Of a DNA stretch of 55,612 bases, positions 40,347 through 48,251 are shown in pieces; the stretch's first letter is position 1, and each line of letters opens with the position of its first letter. Both the position numbers and the translations under genes were made by a program. Location of the stretch: the sequence record SRR31156797_8891, one strand, 5' to 3'. Under the pieces are notes generated by a model. The model was given only the letters and a program-made list of their open reading frames with translations. It did no database searches and was not told the DNA's origin.

Positions 40347-41348
40347 TTAAAATTCATAACCAGTCGAGACAAAAACAGTGATAGGAACGGGCATGCCGTC
40401 TTGCTCCTGCAATGCTTTTTTTATGGTTTTTACATCCAGTATTGCATCTATGTCTTCGATTTCCGTCAATATCATCTCATAGGCCATACAGGTAAGGTTC
40501 TGGTTTTTTTTCTGGTCTTCGTCCATCAAAGGATGAACCTCCATAAACAGTGTATTGTTTTGCCAGCCGAGCTTGATTGGCTGGTTCACAATCTCCACCA
40601 TGGTTTGGACTGGTATAATGGGGAAAAGTTCCTCAATGTCTTCGGGATACATCCGAACGCAGCCATGGGTCACCCGCATACCCACTCCATAGGGTTTGTT
40701 GGTGCTGTGGATCAGGTAACCTGGAATGCTCAAACGCAGTGCATAACGTCCAAGGGGGTTGTCTGGGCCTGGTAAAACCACATCTGGCAGCGGGGGCTCT
40801 CCATCAGCGATGGCCTCTAATTTAAGAGATTCGGGTGGACGCCACGCTGGATTTTTGTCTTTTTTTACAATCCTGCCTTTTCCTAACGGTGTCTCCCAGT
40901 CCATCCTGCCTACACTGACAGGATAGGTTGCCACCATCGGTTTTTTCTCCAGCTCATTTTTGTAAAAATAATAGAGCCGCATCTCGGGGAGGTTCAGCAC
41001 AACGCCCCTGCGATTGGCATGAGGTAGAATAAATCTGCCTGGTAGAGTGACGTCTGTACCCTCTCCAGGCATCCAACGGTCCACATTTGGGTTGGCAAGC
41101 AGGATTTCTTCCTGGCCCAGGTCAAACTGACGGGCTATATCGAGCAGGGTCTCCTGGGCGAGGGATTTAATAGTAACTGTAGATCCAATAAGGTCATCAC
41201 CTGCGGTTGGCATTGGGTGAGTAGTTGCTCCTGGGGAGGATACGTTGACCAATAAAAAAAAAGGCAGTGAACAAAGTATTTTGCCAAACCACTCGGAACC
41301 TTTTAGAAAAGAAAAAATAGCCATTGCTGAAAGATTGTCGTGGGTCAT
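40347..41348 (-). CDS. L,D-transpeptidase of the ErfK/YbiS/YcfS type with LysM-like N-terminal domain
   Basis: ETLLDIARQFDLG, ANPNVDRW, VLNLPEMRLYYF, PGPDNPLG, YLIHSTN, VTHGCVRMYP. Confidence 0.9.
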   Translation of the reverse strand: MTHDNLSAMAIFSFLKGSEWFGKILCSLPFFLLVNVSSPGATTHPMPTAGDDLIGSTVTIKSLAQETLLDIARQFDLGQEEILLANPNVDRWMPGEGTDVTLPGRFILPHANRRGVVLNLPEMRLYYFYKNELEKKPMVATYPVSVGRMDWETPLGKGRIVKKDKNPAWRPPESLKLEAIADGEPPLPDVVLPGPDNPLGRYALRLSIPGYLIHSTNKPYGVGMRVTHGCVRMYPEDIEELFPIIPVQTMVEIVNQPIKLGWQNNTLFMEVHPLMDEDQKKNQNLTCMAYEMILTEIEDIDAILDVKTIKKALQEQDGMPVPITVFVSTGYEF

Positions 41349-41560
41349 AAGTAGGGTGAGGAGAGGTGTTCAGCAGTTCAAGCCATATCATTGTGCCCAG
41401 GTACTACATGCTTTAAAAATGGTAACAAAGCAGCAAGTTGGAAGTCAATATCTTTCAGGGAAATGGAGTGGAAGTTTTGCGCGGTAGGTACTTTTATGCA
41501 GGGGGCGTTGTGGAGGTGTAACTGGGGTCTCGGATGCAAAGATGACCTGCTTACGCATGA

Positions 41561-41773
41561 TTATCGGTCAAGCTCACGTATGCGGACAGGGTATTTCTTG
41601 AACTTCCCCTTCCATCGTACGGTTAGAAGCGTTTTCAATTTGGTTTTGCCTGCATTGGCTTCTTCTTTAGTGCTGTAGAGAGAGGATATCTCGTCTTGAG
41701 GGTAGACTGTTTGAATGTCCACCCAGACATTGGGCGCTTTTTTTGCTTCAAGAATAAATAGAGCTGTGTTCAT
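41561..41773 (-). CDS. Hypothetical small basic protein (70 aa)
   Basis: ATG start, weak AGAG RBS, isolated in an intergenic gap, protein-like composition. Confidence 0.5.
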   Translation of the reverse strand: MNTALFILEAKKAPNVWVDIQTVYPQDEISSLYSTKEEANAGKTKLKTLLTVRWKGKFKKYPVRIRELDR

Positions 41774-42253
41774 TGTAACTGTTCTCTATATTGTAGGTTG
41801 CAGGTTGAATACGACGTGGTTTGCAGTCAAATTATAATACTGCAAATGATACCACTTTGTGGGTTGAATAATATTCGAATTAAAATGTAAAAGGCAAGAA
41901 AAACTTGATAAGTGGTATTATTTCTCAATCTATTCGGGATTCGTTTACTTCCGTGGATAAATATACCCTAAGCAAAAACTCCGGTATCAATAATATGCCA
42001 GGCTTCTCATTTCTGCAACTGTGACAAAGACCCCAATTTGTCAGCAACGCGATTGATGGTGTCGGGGAGCATAAGTATTGAGGTGTTGCTCAAGGGTGAG
42101 CGAGAATATTTGATTATTGCCTGAATAGTATTTTTTTCGTTTATAAAAGCTGTCAATCTGCTAGACCTTAAAGCGAAATACAAATCAATTGGGTCAAGGA
42201 GTAGTTCTGTCAATCGACGCTGAATTAACAAAAAAGCATTTAAGGGGGGAATC

Positions 42254-42520
42254 ATGGAAGTTAAAAAAGAATTTGATAAGCTGGTCGAAAAAGTGAAGTT
42301 GGAGCGTGATCAGGTAAAACTAAAGATGCATCTAGCCTCAATGGATGCCAAACAAGAGTATGAAGCGGCAGAAAAAAAATGGGGCCAGGTAAAGGTTAAG
42401 GCTTCTGAAATAGCTGACGATACCATTGAAACTTCAGAGGAAGTTATCGCCAAAGCCAAGATCGTGGGTGAAGAACTGAAGGAAACCTATAGCCGTATTT
42501 CCAAGCGCTTATCAAAATAG
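42254..42520 (+). CDS. Small coiled-coil hypothetical protein (88 aa)
   Basis: GGGGGA RBS, ERDQVKLKMHLASMDAK helix, own terminator. Confidence 0.8.
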   Translation: MEVKKEFDKLVEKVKLERDQVKLKMHLASMDAKQEYEAAEKKWGQVKVKASEIADDTIETSEEVIAKAKIVGEELKETYSRISKRLSK

Positions 42521-42543
42521 AAGTGTAACAGGTATCAGGAGTG

Positions 42544-42580
42544 AAAAGTGTGCTTCCCTGCAAGAGGAGTACACTTTTTT
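42544..42580. terminator. Probable bidirectional terminator
   Basis: AAAAGTGTGCTTCC...GGAGTACACTTTTTT between convergent genes. Confidence 0.65.
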
Positions 42581-42855
42581 GTTTGAAGATGTCGTGAGAT
42601 AGAAAAGTAATGCTATCGTCAGCCGACCCTCTTAATCAACATAGAGTTGCAACATAATGTTTAGTTTCATTAGCCACTATCTGGTTTTTAATACTGTAAG
42701 GCCCTGCCTGGGAGCAAAAAACCTCAGGCAGGGAAAAAATGAACAGGACAAGAAAGGGAATGAGTCCGACTTAATTTTCGAGATGAGCATAAGCAGGGTG
42801 CCGTTTTTTGTAAACTGACTATCCTGCCTGCTCGTCTTCAATAGATTGTCGAAAT

Positions 42856-45690
42856 CTAAGTGTTTTTCTGGGTTGTGACTTCATCTACCAGGTACATGAT
42901 CGACATATAGGGAATGCCAATCTCGGCTGTACAGCCGATTTCACACGTTCGGCTGTTTGAATATCCAACCACAGCTCCCTCCTGTTCGATAACAGGAACC
43001 GCTTTCCTCAGTCCATGAGCGTTCAGGTCGGGTATGTGAAAACCTTTATCTCCGGCAAATCCGCAACAGTTTACATCCGTGGGCCAAACAATCTTGTCTG
43101 CACACATTGAGGTAACCTCTTTTAAAAGTTCGGCAAGGCCCATTTTTTTGGTTGAGCAGGTTGGATGAATGGCTACGGTCTGTTTTTTTGGAGTAAAATG
43201 CAATGTGTTTAACAGGAACCTATGTACAAACTCAACTGGTTCGTAGAGCTTTAGCTTGCTGTCCATGACTTTGCGCATTCGATATAGACAAGGAGATGTG
43301 TCACAGAGCACCGGATACTTTCCCTGTTCGGAAGCGATAAGCAGTGCCTGCTCAAGTTCACTGGATTTCATGTCCGCTGTTTCAGTAAAACCCTTGGACT
43401 CCCATGGGGTGCCGCAACAGAGATTTTTCATACCGTCAGGGAAAATGATGCAATAGCCGGCTTTCTTGAGCACCCGAATGGTTACCTCTGTTACAGAATC
43501 ATTTACCGGATCATCCTTTGCCGGTCCCATGGAGCGCGTAATGCAAGCTGGGAAATAAACAACCTTCTTTTCTGCGTGGATGTTGATCGGGGTTGCTTTT
43601 GGTGCTGAGACACCGCTTGGCATCGCAGGTGTCCACTGTGGTATGCGATTGCCGCTTATAGAACGTGCGGTATCACATATTTTACCAAAATTCTTGGTAC
43701 CCAGGAGGCTATGCATCCCGCCGACCATCCCGAGTGCAACGGAAGCGCTGCTGCAGACCAGATCGAGGTGCTTACCAGTGAAGTTGCCGATTTTTTTGCC
43801 AAACTGACTGCGATTTTCAGCACGTATTTGTTTTATGTATTTTCCGGTATCGATGGAGACAGGACATGACGTTTGGCAAAGTCCGTCACCTGCACAACTT
43901 TCTTCGCCTTCGAAGATAAAACCTTTTTCTAGCTCTGCAAGGCGCTCTGGGTTTTCCCCACTTTTTTTCAGTCTAGTGATCTCTCGTTGCACAACAATAC
44001 GCTGGCGGGCGGTGAGACTGAAATGATTTGACATGCAGTTAACTTCACAAAAGCCGCATTCAATACACTTGTCGATTAAGGGGTCGCATTGGGGCAACGG
44101 TTTGAAATTTTTTAAATAGCACTTAGGGTCATCATTAATAATAACACCAGGATTAAGGATAGTATCCGGATCAAAGAGTTGCTTGATTTCACGCATCAGA
44201 TCGTAGCCCTTTTCCCCCCATTCTTTTTTGACAAATGGGGCCATATTCCGTCCGGTGCCATGCTCAGCCTTTAAAGAACCATCGTATTTGTCGACAGTCA
44301 TCTTGATGACTGCGTGCATCATTGTATCGTAACGTTCCACTTCCTTGGGGTCGCTGAAATCCTGGTTGAGGATGAAATGAAAATTTCCTTCGAGGGCATG
44401 GCCATAAATAACAGCGTCGGTGTATCCATGCTCAGCGATGATATCCTGCAGTTCCTTAGTGGCTTCGGGCAGAGTTTCCATGTGGTAGGCGACGTCTTCA
44501 ATGAGACAGGTCGTGCCAATTTCACGCATGCCGCCGACAGCGGGAAATACCCCTTTACGGATATTCCACAACTGCACGTTCTCAGCGGGATCGGAGGTGA
44601 ATTCCACGGGACGAAGTGTTGTGAAGTCGTTCAGAATATTTTTGATGTGGACAATGTTCTCAGTGAGGGTCTCCTTATCTGCGGCCATGGTCTCCATGAG
44701 GACTGCAGTGGTTGTTTCATCAAATTGTTTGATAAAATCTGGAATACCCTCTTCGTTCTCGACTGATTTTAAGGCCAGCCGGTCAAGCAACTCGGCGCCG
44801 TCTACTGGGCCTTCTTTGAGTGCTACCGTTGCCTTACATGCAGTCATGATGTCTGGGAAATAGACCATGGAGCTTGCCTTACATGGGTACGTGGGCACAG
44901 AGCGCATTACCACTTCAGAGATGAAAGCCAATGCTCCTTCTGAGCCGATCATCAGGTTAATGATAATTTGAAACGGGTCATCGTAGTCAACAAAAGGATT
45001 AATTGAAAAGCCGGTGGTGTTTTTTATGGAATATTTTTTTCGTATTCGAGCGGCAAATGTTTCATCTGCACGTACCCGGTCCCGAATCTCCTCAATTTTT
45101 TCAACAAATCCAGGTCGTTTTCGTCCAAACGATTCACGGCTGTCTGCATCTGCGGTATCAAGGAGGGTGCCGTCTGCAAAAATAATTTTGGCCGATTCGA
45201 TGGTTTGGTAGGCATTTTCATGGGTGCCGCAGTTCATTCCTGAGGCGTTATTAATAATGATGCCGCCAACCATTGCGGAGTTTATGGAAGCAGGGTCTGG
45301 GCCAAATTTGCGATCATAAGGGGCCAGAATACTGTTAACCTTTGCCCCTACAATGCCTGGTTGCAGGCGGATTTTTTGTCCTTCGTCCAGTACTTCGTAC
45401 TCCTCCCATCCTTCATTGGCCATGAGTAAAATAGAATCGGAGATGGTTTGGCCGGAAAGAGAGGTGCCCGCTGCTTTAAAGGTTACCGGGAGTTTTCTAG
45501 ACGATGCTTCACGCAGACAAAGCTGCATTTCTTTTTCGTTTGAAACGCGTACCACCACCTGTGGTTCCAATCGGTAGAAACCACCGTCTGTACCATAGGC
45601 CAATCGACGAAGCGTATCGGTGAAGATTCGTTCTTCCGGGACAAGAGTGGATATTGCTTTTACGTAATTTTGATATTCAACGTTGATCAT
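42856..45690 (-). CDS. FAD- and Fe-S-dependent D-lactate dehydrogenase (single-chain Dld-II type)
   Basis: AAGTSLSGQ, GPDPAS, GSEG, HALEGNFHF, SLKAEHGTG, CIECGFCEVNC, CAGDGLCQTSCP and two CCG motifs; lies in a lactate locus. Confidence 0.85.
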   Translation of the reverse strand: MINVEYQNYVKAISTLVPEERIFTDTLRRLAYGTDGGFYRLEPQVVVRVSNEKEMQLCLREASSRKLPVTFKAAGTSLSGQTISDSILLMANEGWEEYEVLDEGQKIRLQPGIVGAKVNSILAPYDRKFGPDPASINSAMVGGIIINNASGMNCGTHENAYQTIESAKIIFADGTLLDTADADSRESFGRKRPGFVEKIEEIRDRVRADETFAARIRKKYSIKNTTGFSINPFVDYDDPFQIIINLMIGSEGALAFISEVVMRSVPTYPCKASSMVYFPDIMTACKATVALKEGPVDGAELLDRLALKSVENEEGIPDFIKQFDETTTAVLMETMAADKETLTENIVHIKNILNDFTTLRPVEFTSDPAENVQLWNIRKGVFPAVGGMREIGTTCLIEDVAYHMETLPEATKELQDIIAEHGYTDAVIYGHALEGNFHFILNQDFSDPKEVERYDTMMHAVIKMTVDKYDGSLKAEHGTGRNMAPFVKKEWGEKGYDLMREIKQLFDPDTILNPGVIINDDPKCYLKNFKPLPQCDPLIDKCIECGFCEVNCMSNHFSLTARQRIVVQREITRLKKSGENPERLAELEKGFIFEGEESCAGDGLCQTSCPVSIDTGKYIKQIRAENRSQFGKKIGNFTGKHLDLVCSSASVALGMVGGMHSLLGTKNFGKICDTARSISGNRIPQWTPAMPSGVSAPKATPINIHAEKKVVYFPACITRSMGPAKDDPVNDSVTEVTIRVLKKAGYCIIFPDGMKNLCCGTPWESKGFTETADMKSSELEQALLIASEQGKYPVLCDTSPCLYRMRKVMDSKLKLYEPVEFVHRFLLNTLHFTPKKQTVAIHPTCSTKKMGLAELLKEVTSMCADKIVWPTDVNCCGFAGDKGFHIPDLNAHGLRKAVPVIEQEGAVVGYSNSRTCEIGCTAEIGIPYMSIMYLVDEVTTQKNT

Positions 45691-45952
45691 GGCAGCCTCT
45701 TGGTAAGTGTTGGGTAATTTACAGCATGATATATTTTGCTAAAAGGTTTTGATCATTCATTGATTTAGAATCTTATTTCGTATGAAAAACTTCCACTTGA
45801 CAACCTGTTATTAATTCAAACCATGCAAAGGGTATAGAAGGCAATCATTTAATTTTTGCTATCTTAGCAACTAATCGATGAAAGATTGTAATTCTTACTG
45901 AATTGAGACAAAAACTCTTAGCGTTTTTTAATTTCTGTTTTTTGAGACGACC

Positions 45953-47179
45953 TCAAGAATAACCAAGTATCGATTGATTAATAACTGAGGTGGCATCTCG
46001 GGCAATCTGAAGTTCTTCATTTGTAGGAATCACCCAGACTTGAACACGACTCTCTTCTGCATGTATTTTCTTACAGCTGGAAATTCTACCTTTGTTGCTT
46101 TGCGCATCAAGAAGGATTCCCAACCCTTCCATATCGTGACATATTTCAGCCCGGATAATATCATCATTTTCCCCAATACCTGCAGTAAAGGCAATGGCAT
46201 CAACAGTTCCCAGGGCGGCAAAGTAGGCACCAATATATTTCTTTACCCTGTAGCAAAACATCTCTATTGCGAGTTTTGCCTGTTCGCTACCCGCTTCGGC
46301 GCTTTTGTGGATGTCTCGCATGTCATTCATGCCGCAGATGCCAAGCAACCCGCTTTTTTTATTGAGAATGGTATCAACCTCTCGAGAATTTATGCCCTTG
46401 GATTCAGCAATATACATTGCAATGGACGGATCAAGATCTCCGCACCTGGAACCCATCATAACCCCTGCCAGCGGAGTCATTCCCATGGAAGTATCTATGC
46501 ATTTTCCATTTTTGACAGCAGAGATGGAGCCGCCGTTACCAAGGTGTACCGTTATGATATTGATGTTTTCCGAAGGTTTCCCTATGGCTAAAGCGACCTT
46601 TTCAGCGACATACTTATGGGATGTGCCATGGAAACCATATCTCCTGATCCTGAGATCCTTGTAATACTCGTAGGGAAGGGGATAGAGGTAGGCTTTTGGG
46701 GGCATGGTCTGGTGAAACTCGGTATCAAAGACAGCCACATTGGGGATCCCTGGAAAGAGTTTTTCGGAGACGGTGATGCCAATAAGATTTGCAGGATTAT
46801 GAAGAGATGCCAACGAATTATTGTCCTCAATGGCTTTTTTGACAGAGTCATCTATGAGGATTGCACGGCTGAAAACTTCGCCGCCCTGGACTACTCTATG
46901 CCCGATGGCACCAATTTCATCTTTGCTCGTGATCACTCCTGTTTTTGGAGCCGTAATCATGTCGATCACACGATGCATACCTGCACTGTGATCGGCGATT
47001 TTTTCCATTATGGTTGTTTTTTCTTCACTATTATTACTGGAAAATTTCTTATGGGACAGAACCCCCTTTTTCTCGCCGATTCTTTCGACAACACCCGAGG
47101 CCATTACGGCTTCGTTATCCATATTCAGGAGTTGGTATTTTATAGAGGAACTCCCTGCATTAATTACTAGAATATTCAT
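45953..47179 (-). CDS. ackA: Acetate kinase
   Basis: VINAGSSSIK, GHRVVQGG, RRYGFHGTSH, HLGNG, FTAGIGEN, IPTNEEL. Confidence 0.97.
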   Translation of the reverse strand: MNILVINAGSSSIKYQLLNMDNEAVMASGVVERIGEKKGVLSHKKFSSNNSEEKTTIMEKIADHSAGMHRVIDMITAPKTGVITSKDEIGAIGHRVVQGGEVFSRAILIDDSVKKAIEDNNSLASLHNPANLIGITVSEKLFPGIPNVAVFDTEFHQTMPPKAYLYPLPYEYYKDLRIRRYGFHGTSHKYVAEKVALAIGKPSENINIITVHLGNGGSISAVKNGKCIDTSMGMTPLAGVMMGSRCGDLDPSIAMYIAESKGINSREVDTILNKKSGLLGICGMNDMRDIHKSAEAGSEQAKLAIEMFCYRVKKYIGAYFAALGTVDAIAFTAGIGENDDIIRAEICHDMEGLGILLDAQSNKGRISSCKKIHAEESRVQVWVIPTNEELQIARDATSVINQSILGYS

Positions 47180-47191
47180 AGTGACCGCTGG

Positions 47192-47442
47192 TTATGTGAG
47201 TTGTTTTTCTTTAGTCGCATATGCTTGGATGGCTGTAATAAATACCGTCGCCCGACCGGCCACCTCGCTGTTGGGTGATGTAGTTTTCGCAACACGGGAT
47301 TAATGTCGGCATCGTATTGAAGTGGACCTTCAAGGAGAAAATCAGGTCGTTCTTTTTGGCAATTTCTGTTGCTTCTATAGCTTTGTCGACATCTACTCCT
47401 TTGCCGATGATTGATTGCCGTGAGGTAGAGGTTTTTCGTCAT
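47192..47442 (-). pseudogene. pta: Collapsed phosphate acetyltransferase remnant
   Basis: Fragments over shifting frames: MTKNLYLTA / GKGVDVDKAIEATEIAKK / ERPDFLLEGPLQYDA / VAKTTSPNSEVAGRATVFI / TAIQA. About 250 nt, versus about 2.1 kb for a long-form pta. Confidence 0.85.
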
Positions 47443-47571
47443 CTATTATCCTTGAAATTATCAACTCGCCCGTTGAGCACGTACTTAACATCTTTTTTTG
47501 CACCCAGACAGTTGGAGCATTTGCTGTAAACGTCCATTCAATATGATACTGGTAGTGTATGCTGTGCGATT

Positions 47572-47588
47572 TGCAGATTGCATGCCAA
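47572..47588 (-). promoter_or_regulatory. Putative sigma54 promoter of the pta-ackA(-dld) unit
   Basis: Minus strand TTGGCATGCAATCTGCA = GG-N10-GC. Confidence 0.7.
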
Positions 47589-47780
47589 TGATGAAGAGAA
47601 CGCTATTGGGTATGGAATAGCAGGGAGGTGTTAGACGAGTGGGGAGGTGAAGTCGCTTGGTGCCTTTTATCCCCTTAATTTAAAATGGTTACACCTTGGT
47701 TTGAAAGAGGTGTGAATAGAGGGTGGTGATTGTTGAAATACTCAATAAAGCATACGGCAGCATAACGAAATAAGGCATTG

Positions 47781-47971
47781 ATCCGAAATATCAGACAGTG
47801 GTTCCATGCACCCTTGCCATGGTAGATGATCTGTATGGAAAATAGGACGGGCTTCCATATGCAATAATTATAAATTAATTAACCGTTTTGTCAGTTAGTT
47901 ACCATGAGTTGTGTTAAAGCTTGCCAGTGAGGGCTGTGTCTCGGCAGGTCAAGGAATCCTAAAAAAAGGAC
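47781..47971. promoter_or_regulatory. Three 16-bp candidate enhancer sites for the sigma54 regulator
   Basis: ATCCGAAATATCAGAC (47781), GTATGGAAAATAGGAC (47833), ATCCTAAAAAAAGGAC (47956). Confidence 0.55.
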
Positions 47972-48251
47972 ATGGGGGGAAGGGCTTTTTTTCCTGGTAA
48001 ACAGGAGGCTGGGGTATGATTTATCCCAACCCTGTTTTAAAGCAATAAATGGTTCCATTTCTTAAAAAATGAAACAACGGAAGTCTATCACACTGGCTTT
48101 CTTTGTATGAGTATTGTGCAATATTGCCAGAATGGCATGCAGAGACTATTTTGAATAGAAGTCAAGGTATAAATTCTTGGCTTACCATTTGCAAGCTGCT
48201 CCCAAGGGATAATAAGATCTGGATTCACTCTATCAACGGAAAAGTGCCTTT

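Noticed and set aside
41391-41678. ORF starting CPGTTCFK, reminiscent of CGGC-domain proteins
   Set aside because: No in-frame CGGC, no RBS, and it overlaps the 70-aa gene; the match is too short to support.
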